A stretch of DNA of 41,631 nt from an uncultured Clostridia bacterium (lineage in GTDB: Bacteria > Bacillota > Clostridia > Christensenellales > UBA1242), in contig CALVZG010000053.1 of the NCBI GenBank assembly GCA_944372465.1, positions 1 to 41,631 on the forward strand, written 5' to 3'. Shown here one piece after another: positions 33,679-41,631 of this stretch; position 1 is the stretch's first letter; each line of letters opens with the position of its first letter. The notes beneath the pieces are model-generated. The model made no database searches, had not been told where the DNA came from, and saw only the letters and a list, made by a program, of their open reading frames with translations. The position numbers were made by a program, and so were the translations under genes.

Positions 33679-34299
33679 ATGAAAACTATAACAGAAATAA
33701 AAAAGATAGGGAAAGGGTTTAGATACAATCTTTATCTTGACAATGAATTTTTTGGCGTTTATGAAGCAGAAATTCTTGCACGACATTGTTTAAAAACAGG
33801 ACAGTCTTTCGATGATGAATTTTTTGAAACATTAAAAATTGAAAACGGTGATTATGCTTGTTTTAATAGAGGGCTTAGTTTACTTGAAAAAAGCATGAAA
33901 AGTGAAAAAATGTTAAGAGATTATCTTTTGGAGAAAGGATATCCTAAAAGATGTATTGATAAAGCATGTGAAAAATTAAAAGAGTATGGTTATATAGATG
34001 ATGAAGCATTTTGCGAAAATTTTATTAATTCATATTCAAACATTAAAAGTAAGCGTAAATTAAAATATGATCTTTTATCAAAAGGAATAAAAGAAAACAT
34101 AATTAATGAAAAAATGCAAAATTTGATTGACGATAATCAAGAAAAGGAAAATTTATTAAATTTAGCACAAAAATACATGAAAAATCGTGAATTTGACATA
34201 AAAAATAAACAAAAATTTTATAACCACTTCGCAGGCAAAGGCTATGATTATGGTTTAATATCTAATGTATGGGAGGCAATTCAAAATGATAGGAATTGA
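33679..34299 (+). CDS. recX: Recombination regulator RecX
   Basis: It shows repeated three-helix modules (LRDYLLEKGYPKRCIDKACEKLKEYGYIDDEAFCENFI; LKYDLLSKGI). ATG 33679 is chosen because the upstream 13 codons lie inside the terminator-like T-run. Confidence 0.8.
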   Translation: MKTITEIKKIGKGFRYNLYLDNEFFGVYEAEILARHCLKTGQSFDDEFFETLKIENGDYACFNRGLSLLEKSMKSEKMLRDYLLEKGYPKRCIDKACEKLKEYGYIDDEAFCENFINSYSNIKSKRKLKYDLLSKGIKENIINEKMQNLIDDNQEKENLLNLAQKYMKNREFDIKNKQKFYNHFAGKGYDYGLISNVWEAIQNDRN

Positions 34300-34648
34300 T
34301 ATAATAGATATAGAAAGAGTTGATACAAGTGATGAATTTTTGCAAAAGATAGCAAATGAAAAAGAAATTGAATATGTAAAAAAATCTTTTTGCGAAAGTC
34401 TTCGTCATCAAAGAATAGGTGCATTATTTTGTGTAAAGGAAGCAGTAATGAAAGCACTTGAAATGGGCAAAAATAGTGGAGTTTTATTTAAAGATATTGA
34501 ATTAACGCATGAAGATAGTGGAAAGCCAACCGTAATTTTGCACGGAAAAGCATTAGAAAAATATAACAAAAATTATGCTGATAAGAAAATCGAGATATCT
34601 CTTTCTCATACACCCCAAATGGCGACAGCAATAGCAATTATACAATAA
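34286..34648 (+). CDS. acpS: Holo-[acyl-carrier-protein] synthase
   Basis: MIGIDIIDIERV at the N-terminus, FCVKEAVMKA and ISLSHT blocks are present. RBS GGGAGG. It overlaps the recX end by 14 nt. Confidence 0.9.
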   Translation: MIGIDIIDIERVDTSDEFLQKIANEKEIEYVKKSFCESLRHQRIGALFCVKEAVMKALEMGKNSGVLFKDIELTHEDSGKPTVILHGKALEKYNKNYADKKIEISLSHTPQMATAIAIIQ

Positions 34649-34658
34649 AATAAATTAA

Positions 34659-34712
34659 AAAATAAGCAACATTATTAAATGGGTACACCCAAAAACAGAT
34701 GTTGCTTATTTT
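34659..34712. terminator. Bidirectional terminator
   Basis: AAAATAAGCAACAT...ATGTTGCTTATTTT with an inner GGGT/ACCC hairpin. Confidence 0.7.
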
Positions 34713-34716
34713 ATGT

Positions 34717-35199
34717 TTATTCTCTTTCAGTTTCTTCTATTTTTTCTTTATTTGCAAGTTCATCAATCAATTCATTTAATGAATATTTATTAGCAATATT
34801 AAAATTATCAAAATGTTTAAGTGCTTTTTCAATCATTTTTTCTTCTCCAAGTTGTGTTAATACATCAAAATATAATTTGATTATATCATAATCATTCAAA
34901 TATGGTTTTAATGAATAAAGTTCTTTTAACTGTGAAAAAGATTGAATATTTTGTTTTTTTGAACAATATTTTAAGATATTTGTATTTTTATGATTTAAAC
35001 AGAAGACCATAATATCCATTGGTTCAAGTGAATCTAAATTTATTTCTTTATCACCAGAGGTTAAAATATAATACTTGCAAGCAGGTTGAAATTTTTGACC
35101 TGTATAATCACAATAAGTTTTTCTTTCTTGATTTTCCTTGTCAAGCCTTTCTTTACTTTTAAGGTAAATACTTTCTTCTAATTTTAAATCTTTTTTCAT
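34717..35199 (-). CDS. Hypothetical protein, 160 aa, no family recognised
   Basis: RBS AAGGAG precedes the ATG. The ORF is uninterrupted and divergent from the mazEF pair. Confidence 0.65.
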   Translation of the reverse strand: MKKDLKLEESIYLKSKERLDKENQERKTYCDYTGQKFQPACKYYILTSGDKEINLDSLEPMDIMVFCLNHKNTNILKYCSKKQNIQSFSQLKELYSLKPYLNDYDIIKLYFDVLTQLGEEKMIEKALKHFDNFNIANKYSLNELIDELANKEKIEETERE

Positions 35200-35349
35200 A
35201 ACGACTCCTTTTAAATTATAGCATAAAACAAAACATTTTTAACATAAAAAATTGAGTAAATTTTAAAACTTAATTAATATTGCATAATAAACAAATTTTA
35301 AATCAAAATAAAATAAAAAGTTTAAAAGCAAATAAAATAGGAGATAATC

Positions 35350-35625
35350 ATGTTTGAAAGATATAAATTAAAAAAACATCTTGAAAAAGAAATTAAGAAA
35401 AGACAGCAGACAAAAGATGACTTAATTTCTCAAGTTTTGCAGGCAAATTTTGAAGAGCAAGAGCATAATATGTTAGTAGAGGACGAAAAAGTTTTTCTAG
35501 AGATATCAAAAAAGACTCAAAAAGAACTTTTGCCTTTAGAAAAAGCCGATTTAATAGATTATTGGAAAAAGGAAACAAATGGACGGACAAATAAAAAGAG
35601 GAGAAATTTATTACGCCGATCTTAG
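35350..35625 (+). CDS. Putative MazE-position antitoxin (weak RHH-like N-terminus)
   Basis: RBS AGGAG. Its position immediately upstream of mazF fits an antitoxin. [20 protein letters not shown] resembles the helix of EndoAI-type antitoxins. The ORF runs 47 nt into mazF. Confidence 0.55.
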   Translation: MFERYKLKKHLEKEIKKRQQTKDDLISQVLQANFEEQEHNMLVEDEKVFLEISKKTQKELLPLEKADLIDYWKKETNGRTNKKRRNLLRRS

Positions 35626-35926
35626 CCCTGTTATAGGAAGTGAACAGGGTGGTGTTCGTCCTGTTTTAATAATACAAAATGATGTTGGAAATAAGTATTC
35701 ACCAACAGTGATAGTATCAGCAATAACAAGTCAACTAGGCAAAGCAAAACTTCCAACACATATAGAACTTCCTGCAGAACGGTATAATTTACCCAAAAAT
35801 TCTGTAGCATTATTAGAGCAGATAAGAACTCTTGACAAAAGGCGTCTGCAAGAAAAAGTTACAACATTATCGCCAGACAAAATGAGAGAAGTAAATAAGG
35901 CATTATTAATTTCATTAGGTTTTTAA
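35579..35926 (+). CDS. mazF: MazF/EndoA (NdoA) type II toxin endoribonuclease
   Basis: It is near-collinear with B. subtilis EndoA as I remember it: [30 protein letters not shown]...AITSQ...KLPTHIEL...[13 protein letters not shown]. Confidence 0.92.
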   Translation: MDGQIKRGEIYYADLSPVIGSEQGGVRPVLIIQNDVGNKYSPTVIVSAITSQLGKAKLPTHIELPAERYNLPKNSVALLEQIRTLDKRRLQEKVTTLSPDKMREVNKALLISLGF

Positions 35927-35965
35927 ATATTGAAAAGTACATAAATAAATTTCAATATTTTTTAT
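35925..35965 (+). terminator. Hairpin plus T-run after mazF
   Basis: AAATATTGAAA...TTTCAATATTT followed by TTTT. Confidence 0.6.
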
Positions 35966-35986
35966 TTTAAAAGCATTTAAATTAGT

Positions 35987-36592
35987 TTATAAATTTTTTG
36001 ATTTATTTAATTTTGAAATAATTTTATAGATATCTTTCCAACCATTAGCCATAATTTTGTTTTTAGATTTTGCATTTTTATTTGAAGGATTTTTAAAGAT
36101 GATGACAGGGACAATTTTGCAAAGTTCATTTATATTTCTAAGAGAATCATCTATCATAACATCAATTTTGTGTTTTATTATATAATCTTTTTTTCCTACA
36201 GTTTCATTTGAAAAAGAAATATCATCATAATAAATTTTGTTTTTATCCAGCCATTTTTTTATTTTTTCTCTCATTTGTTTGCTTAAATCATTATTGTATG
36301 ATGAATATAACCTAGAAGTAATAATGATAATTTTATGACCATCTTTGTGCAATTTATTAATATAAAAACTTGAATGATTCATCATTACAGATTTTTTTGC
36401 ATAATGAAAAATGTATTGTTTCCAAAAATCATTTTCAGTTTCTAATGGAACATTATATTGTTGATTAAAGCACTCTTTATATTTTTTTAATTTAAAAGGT
36501 ATATTATTTTTTTTTAAATACTTTTTGAAATATTTTCTAACATAACTATTTAGATTGCAAATAACACCATCTATATCTATACCTATATTCAT
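35987..36592 (-). CDS. HAD-superfamily hydrolase, 5'(3')-deoxyribonucleotidase (NT5C)-like
   Basis: The start MNIGIDIDGVI carries the HAD motif I DxDG. IIIITSR is motif II-like and MIDDS is motif IV-like. ATG 36592 follows GAGG, so I prefer it to 36619. Confidence 0.65.
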   Translation of the reverse strand: MNIGIDIDGVICNLNSYVRKYFKKYLKKNNIPFKLKKYKECFNQQYNVPLETENDFWKQYIFHYAKKSVMMNHSSFYINKLHKDGHKIIIITSRLYSSYNNDLSKQMREKIKKWLDKNKIYYDDISFSNETVGKKDYIIKHKIDVMIDDSLRNINELCKIVPVIIFKNPSNKNAKSKNKIMANGWKDIYKIISKLNKSKNL

Positions 36593-36750
36593 GAAAACCT
36601 CACAATAAAAGTATAGCATAAAAAATTATAAAATAAAAAAATTATATAAAAATTATAAAATTTGCTAAATTTATTGACTAAATCAATAAGTTATAGTATT
36701 ATATAGAAGTATAAAAAAATTTTTTTTAAAAATAAGATAAAGTTAAGTTT

Positions 36751-36824
36751 AGGGGTGTAGTTCATCGGTAGAATAAGAGTCTCCAAAACTCCTGAGGTGG
36801 GTTCGATTCCTACCACCCCTGCCA
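36751..36824 (+). tRNA. tRNA-Trp (anticodon CCA)
   Basis: Acceptor AGGGGTG/CACCCCT, anticodon loop CTCCAAA, T-loop TTCGATT, discriminator G and an encoded CCA. Confidence 0.92.
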
Positions 36825-36833
36825 AAATTAAAA

Positions 36834-36859
36834 AGTCAAACATAAGGTTTGATTTTTTT
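36834..36859 (+). terminator. Intrinsic terminator after tRNA-Trp
   Basis: TCAAAC...GTTTGA hairpin followed by TTTTTTT. Confidence 0.75.
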
Positions 36860-36960
36860 ATTTAAAAGTATTATACGAGATAAAGTAATATTTATTTTAA
36901 AAAAGTTTTACAAAATATGAAAAAGTGTTATAATAAATCCGATTTTAATAGGGTGAAAGA

Positions 36961-37575
36961 ATGGAAGTAAAAAAGTTACAAGGGGAATATTTAGACGCTC
37001 AAGTTTATGTTTTATGTAAATTAGGTCAAGCATTAATAATAGATTGTGGAGCAAAATTAGAAGATGTTAAAAAAGCGGTCGGGGGACATGAAGTTGTAGG
37101 CATTTTGCTTACTCACGGCCATTATGACCATTCATGTTTTTGTTTAGAATATGCAAAAGAATTTAATTGTAAAATTTATGCAAATAAAAATATAGAAACA
37201 ACATTAACCGATAAAATAGCAATTTATAGTGAGGATTATTCAACAATAAATGATTTTTCAAAATTTGAATTTATAGAAAATGATAAGCAAATAAAATTAG
37301 GGAATTTTGAAATAAATTGTTATAGTTGTGCAGGACATTCAATATGCAGTGAGTGCTATATAATTGACAATATGATGTTTGCAGGCGATGTGCTTTTTGA
37401 AAATGGGATAGGACGCACAGATTTAAAATATTCAGATAAGAAACAAATGTTTGAAAGTCTTTGTAAACTTGAAAATCTAAAATTTGATAAAGTTTACAGT
37501 GGTCATGGAAATGAAAGTAATTATGATTTTCAAATGAAAAATATAAAAGTTTTTAAGAGGTTTTTATCAAGATAA
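36961..37575 (+). CDS. MBL-fold metallo-hydrolase
   Basis: The THGHYDH metal-binding motif is present, with downstream GHS and GD...GR..L blocks. 204 aa. Confidence 0.85.
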   Translation: MEVKKLQGEYLDAQVYVLCKLGQALIIDCGAKLEDVKKAVGGHEVVGILLTHGHYDHSCFCLEYAKEFNCKIYANKNIETTLTDKIAIYSEDYSTINDFSKFEFIENDKQIKLGNFEINCYSCAGHSICSECYIIDNMMFAGDVLFENGIGRTDLKYSDKKQMFESLCKLENLKFDKVYSGHGNESNYDFQMKNIKVFKRFLSR

Positions 37576-37590
37576 TTTAAAATAAATAAT

Positions 37591-37621
37591 AAAATTGCGT
37601 AAAAAATTTACGCAATTTTTT
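37591..37621. terminator. Bidirectional terminator
   Basis: AAAATTGCGTAAA...TTTACGCAATTTT. Confidence 0.7.
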
Positions 37622-37693
37622 AAATATTAGTCAAAAAAATAATTTAAAAATTAAAAATAAATAAACCATTAAACACAATTTTGATAAAACGAA

Positions 37694-38602
37694 CTATTTT
37701 TTAATATTTTTTAATCTAATATCTTCACCATTAATATAGACACAAATTGATGATGATTTATCTATAATTCTACTAGAAATTCTTTCATCATAATAATCTT
37801 TAATCTCATCAAGATTAAGATTTGAAGTTATAATTGTAGGAAGTTTTTTAATTTTTCTTTCATTGATAACTTGATAAAGATAATTTATTGTAATATTATA
37901 TTGTCTTAATTCAGTACCTAAATCATCAATAAAAAGAAATTCGCAATTAAGGTATTTGTCAATTAAAGCATTTTTTTCATCTAAATCTTTTGTTGAATAA
38001 CTCTTAACAAAATCTTGATGCATAGAAAAAGATGAAGTAAAAAACACGACATGATTAAGATTGATAAGTTCATTTGCCATACATTTTATAAGATGAGTTT
38101 TACCAACACCAGTATCTCCGGCAATGTAAATAATATTTTTATCGAAGTTTGAATGACACCATTTTTGCATTTTTTGATATAGTTTTTTCATATATTCAGC
38201 ATTATTAAACACTTGAAAATTAACCTCATCAAAACTTTCAAATTTATCAAACCCACTTTCTTTTTTCAAAATGTTGTTAACTTCTTTTATAAGACAAGAG
38301 CAATAATTTCCATTAACAAAACCACTATCATTACATTTTTTGCAAGTGTAATCAGGTTCAATGGAATTTATACCTAATACTTTTAATCTTTTTAGATATT
38401 CCTCTTTAAGATTTTTGACATCAGTCGATAAAACTTCATTATTTTTACTTGCTTCAATCATTTTTGCCATATAATCTTGATAAAGAGTTTTAAATTTTTC
38501 ATCTTCAAAAGCCTTTATTTTATTATTTATTGCTTGATTTTCAGCCTGCCATCTATTTTTGTCAATTACGACTTTTGCTTTTTCAATAATACTTGTTTTC
38601 AT
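37694..38602 (-). CDS. dnaI: Primosomal helicase loader DnaI (DnaC/IstB-like AAA+)
   Basis: The N-terminal Cys module is CKKCNDSGFVNGNYCSC. Walker A is GDTGVGKTH and Walker B is LFIDDLG. It lies immediately downstream of the DnaD-domain gene. Confidence 0.85.
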   Translation of the reverse strand: MKTSIIEKAKVVIDKNRWQAENQAINNKIKAFEDEKFKTLYQDYMAKMIEASKNNEVLSTDVKNLKEEYLKRLKVLGINSIEPDYTCKKCNDSGFVNGNYCSCLIKEVNNILKKESGFDKFESFDEVNFQVFNNAEYMKKLYQKMQKWCHSNFDKNIIYIAGDTGVGKTHLIKCMANELINLNHVVFFTSSFSMHQDFVKSYSTKDLDEKNALIDKYLNCEFLFIDDLGTELRQYNITINYLYQVINERKIKKLPTIITSNLNLDEIKDYYDERISSRIIDKSSSICVYINGEDIRLKNIKK

Positions 38603-38610
38603 ACATACTC

Positions 38611-40056
38611 CTAAACATCAATTTCGTCAATGGACTGGAATAGAGCATTTAATTCACCTTTAGTATAACTTCTTCCACCAAAATTAGTTTTTTTGGACGA
38701 ATTAATCTCTTGAATAGGTAGATTATTTTTAGCCTCATCTAAAGTTTTAATTCCCTTATCTCTATAATCTGCAAGAACTCTAGAGAGATATTTCATAGGG
38801 TTATCTTTATTTTTAGCAAGAGAGGCGGCGTATTTAATAATATCATCATTAAGTTTCCACTCTTCAATCCAAATTTTATAATTATTTCTATCATACGAAC
38901 TTACATTTCTATTAATACACATAATAGAAAGAAGTTCTTTAATTTTGTTGTCATCAGCAATGACTTGTCCCATATATTCATTGAAAGCATTGATTGATAG
39001 TATGCCAAGTTTATAAAATTTAGAAACAGTTTTATCCATTCCTTGCAAAGTTCTGATAGAGTTTTTAAAGCAATAATTAGCAATTTCTAGAAGTAAATTT
39101 TTGTCAAAACCCATGTTTATCCATTTGAGGATATAATTTTCAACAACACCTTCAAGATTTTCATAATATACACCAATAGTTTTGTTTATATCTTTAGCAA
39201 GTTCGTATAATAATTGTTTTTCTTTTTCAAAATTATCAATTTCCATAATAGAAAGCAGACGCATTTCAAAGTATTTGGTAAGTTGATTATCAACTTTTTC
39301 AAAAGAAAATCTTGATTTTTTCTTAAAGTTTTTGCAAACATGTAAAATAACATCAAGATTAAAACCATAATCATTAATCCATTTATTTAACAAAGCTCTT
39401 TCTTCAACATAAGGTGCTCTTTTTATTCCCATAGCATTAAAGATTTCACACAAATCAGGATTTTTGTCTTCAAATGATTTCAGTCTTTCTTCAACTTGTG
39501 CGGTAGAGGTTATCCCTTCATTAGCCCAATTTTTAGCAACTGTCAAGATATAGTTATAACCGACAGCAGATTTTTTTGTTTCCACACAGTATTGCATAAT
39601 CATAAGAAGAGCCTCTTGTTCAACATGAAATCTTTCTAAAAAGTCGTAATATTCTTCATATTCATGTTTAGATATACTTCTTTTACCTTTAAAAATTTCA
39701 TTTGCTTGTTGATTAAAAACTTCATACTTATCAGGTTTATAAAGTTTATTTGCAGTGAGAACATTTTTAAGAGGGATAAAAGTAACTTGAATAGGATTAG
39801 TTTTAAGAATACGCACAAGTCCCTGTTCTTCCCAATATTCAAAAGCCCCAACGACATCTTCTTCACTCATATTAAGCGTTTTAGCAAAGTTTTCAAGGGA
39901 GTTGTCAAAAGAAGAACTATTGCACAAATAAAGACCATAGATATAAACTACAACAAATTGAGGTTGAGCAAAAGGAAGATAATCATTTAAGAAAATATTA
40001 TCAATTTCCGTTTTAGAACTTGCGATGAATTCAGTTGAATATTTACAAAAAGCCAT
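38611..40056 (-). CDS. dnaB: Replication initiation/membrane attachment protein DnaB (Firmicute DnaD-domain type)
   Basis: It has repeated DnaD-like domains (e.g. MKYLSRVLADYRDKGIKTLDE) and forms an operon with dnaI. ATG 40056 follows GGAG, so I prefer it to the TTG at 40101. Confidence 0.8.
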   Translation of the reverse strand: MAFCKYSTEFIASSKTEIDNIFLNDYLPFAQPQFVVVYIYGLYLCNSSSFDNSLENFAKTLNMSEEDVVGAFEYWEEQGLVRILKTNPIQVTFIPLKNVLTANKLYKPDKYEVFNQQANEIFKGKRSISKHEYEEYYDFLERFHVEQEALLMIMQYCVETKKSAVGYNYILTVAKNWANEGITSTAQVEERLKSFEDKNPDLCEIFNAMGIKRAPYVEERALLNKWINDYGFNLDVILHVCKNFKKKSRFSFEKVDNQLTKYFEMRLLSIMEIDNFEKEKQLLYELAKDINKTIGVYYENLEGVVENYILKWINMGFDKNLLLEIANYCFKNSIRTLQGMDKTVSKFYKLGILSINAFNEYMGQVIADDNKIKELLSIMCINRNVSSYDRNNYKIWIEEWKLNDDIIKYAASLAKNKDNPMKYLSRVLADYRDKGIKTLDEAKNNLPIQEINSSKKTNFGGRSYTKGELNALFQSIDEIDV

Positions 40057-40228
40057 TTTAATCTCCAAAATAAGTTTAACATAGAAAAATATTTTTAGCA
40101 AATGATTTCAATATTTACAATATACACAAATTAACTAAATAGGTAATTTGATTTTATATTATAATACTTCGACATTATTTTTGTAAGCAACAGGTAATTA
40201 TTTTTAAATTTATCAAGTATATTATAGC

Positions 40229-41631
40229 ATGAAAAAAATAGTTTTAAATAAAAAAGTAAAAATAATCTCAACAATTTTGTTATTTTTGGTTGTTATTTCT
40301 ATAGTAACATTTTTATGTTTAAATTCTTTAGATAAAGAAGAAAAACCTTTATCAACATATAAAATGGAATTAAATTATAATGCCGAAGAAAAAGTGTTAA
40401 ATGGTGAAGAAGAGATAACATTTATAAATAACTATGATAATATGTTCACATATTTATATTTACATTTATATCCAAATGCTTTTAGAGAAGGGGCAATAAA
40501 CAGTGTAGTTTCATCAAGTGATGAAGATAGTGCATATCCAAATGGCAAAAGTTACGGCGACATAGAAATAATAAGTGTAACCTACGGGGAAGAAGAATTA
40601 AATTTTACAATAGAAGGGGAAGACAAAAACATCTTAAAAATAGATTTACCATTTGAATTATTCCCAGATGAAAGCATAACTTTTAATATTAATTATAAAG
40701 TTCAACTTGCAAACATCAACCATAGATTAGGTTATGGGAATAATACTATAAATTTTGGCAACTTTTATCCAATAATTTGTATGTATGAAGAAGGTAAAGG
40801 GTTTATTACTGACCTATATCATTCAAACGGAGATCCATTTTATAGTGAATGTGCAAATTATGAGGTTAAAATATCATACCCATTTTCATATATGCTAGCC
40901 TCGTCAGGTCAATTTTTATCCTCTTCAAATGAAGATAATAAGACAACATCAATTATAAAAGAAGAGAAAATAAGAGATTTTTGTTTTGTATTAAGCGAAA
41001 AATTTAAGCATTCAAGCGTAAAAGTCGGAGATATAATAATAAATTATTACGGCTATGTAAATGATGATAATATAGAAAAATGTTTAAACATAAGTGCAGA
41101 CGCACTGACAACCTTTAATGAAATGTTTGGCAAATATCCTTATAGTCAATTAAGTATTGTAAAATCAAATTTCGTGCACGGAGGAATGGAATATCCAAAT
41201 TTAGTTTTGATAAGTGATGAAGTTGCAAGTGAAGATTTAGCCTATGTAATAGTTCATGAAATAGCACATCAGTGGTGGTATGGTGTAGTAGGCAATGACG
41301 AGTATAATCATGCATGGCAAGATGAAGGCTTGGCAGAATATAGCACTCTATTATTCTTTAAAGAAAATCAAGAATATGGTGAAGATTTTGACGAAATGAT
41401 AAATAATTCAACATTAAGTTATAAAACATTTGTTAGAGTTTTTACAGATGTACTCGGAGAAGTTGATACCAGTATGGATAGAGCATTAAATGAGTTCAAT
41501 ACTGAACCTGAATATGTTGAGTGCACTTATACAAAAGGATTGCTTCTCTTTAACGCAATTCATGAAATGGTTGGTGATAAAAAGTTTTTTAAAGCACTAA
41601 AAGACTATTATAAAAATTATTCCTTTGAAAA
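40229..41631 (+). CDS. M1-family (gluzincin) metallopeptidase with an N-terminal membrane anchor, 3'-truncated by the window edge
   Basis: The frame is open from ATG 40229 to the window end. An N-terminal TM segment (ISTILLFLVVISIVTFLCL) is present. HEIAHQWWYGVVGNDEYNHAWQDEGLAEY gives HEXXH-X18-E. Confidence 0.85.
   Translation, partial: MKKIVLNKKVKIISTILLFLVVISIVTFLCLNSLDKEEKPLSTYKMELNYNAEEKVLNGEEEITFINNYDNMFTYLYLHLYPNAFREGAINSVVSSSDEDSAYPNGKSYGDIEIISVTYGEEELNFTIEGEDKNILKIDLPFELFPDESITFNINYKVQLANINHRLGYGNNTINFGNFYPIICMYEEGKGFITDLYHSNGDPFYSECANYEVKISYPFSYMLASSGQFLSSSNEDNKTTSIIKEEKIRDFCFVLSEKFKHSSVKVGDIIINYYGYVNDDNIEKCLNISADALTTFNEMFGKYPYSQLSIVKSNFVHGGMEYPNLVLISDEVASEDLAYVIVHEIAHQWWYGVVGNDEYNHAWQDEGLAEYSTLLFFKENQEYGEDFDEMINNSTLSYKTFVRVFTDVLGEVDTSMDRALNEFNTEPEYVECTYTKGLLLFNAIHEMVGDKKFFKALKDYYKNYSFE

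Noticed and set aside
36620-40228. A/T-rich spacers next to dnaB/dnaI, considered as a possible replication origin.
   Set aside because: I found no DnaA-box (TTATCCACA-like) clusters and there is no dnaA or dnaN gene in the window.
1-41631. Possible stop-codon reassignment (for example UGA as Trp, as in Mollicutes), given the very low GC.
   Set aside because: All conserved genes translate full-length with the standard table. A tRNA-Trp(CCA) is present, and I saw no interrupted housekeeping ORFs that would need read-through.

Overview
This is a very AT-rich, gene-dense window from a bacterium that looks like a low-GC Bacillota (Firmicutes). The full-length ORFs are consistent with the standard genetic code, with no sign of UGA recoding. 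GC content was judged by eye, not computed.

Most of the window is housekeeping:
- Fe-S and translation: a 5'-truncated nifS/iscS with an IscU-like gene, a T-box-controlled long-form ileS and a T-box-controlled tyrS.
- RNA modification and proteolysis: an rRNA methyltransferase-like gene, an RluA-family pseudouridine synthase and pepF.
- Transport: an ABC-2 type transporter with two ATPase genes and one permease.
- Amino-sugar cluster: glmM, a stand-alone GlmU acetyltransferase domain, and a divergent glmS.
- The conserved Firmicute block secG-rnr-smpB-ssrA.
- Others: ung, a YigZ-like gene, recX, acpS, mazEF, an NT5C-like HAD hydrolase, an MBL-fold hydrolase, dnaB(DnaD-type)-dnaI, and a 3'-truncated M1 peptidase.

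RNA genes I can support are a long-form SRP RNA with an Alu domain, tmRNA, tRNA-Gly(CCC), tRNA-Pro(CGG), tRNA-Trp(CCA) and two T-box leaders. I saw no transposase, integrase, CRISPR array or rRNA.

Candidates for something undescribed, best first:
1. A 501-aa protein with a catalytically plausible MazF/PemK domain between two large unknown regions. It is its own transcription unit and has no adjacent antitoxin (27944-29449).
2. An orphan two-gene cassette (485 aa and 123 aa) between pepF and the ABC operon. It has its own promoter and terminator and follows a roughly 145-nt nested hairpin element (10602-12782).
3. The uncharacterised GGGtGRT and NifU-like gene pair (29514-31168). Here it coexists with a nifS-linked IscU that has lost two of its three cluster-ligating cysteines.
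4. A HEPN-like (Rx4H) and CBS-pair fusion protein (2517-3248).
5. Three intergenic cloverleaf-like elements, each with an outer stem enclosing 2-3 perfect hairpins (1494-1575, 24481-24568, 31276-31368).

All family assignments come from motif recognition by eye. No database search or folding computation was run.
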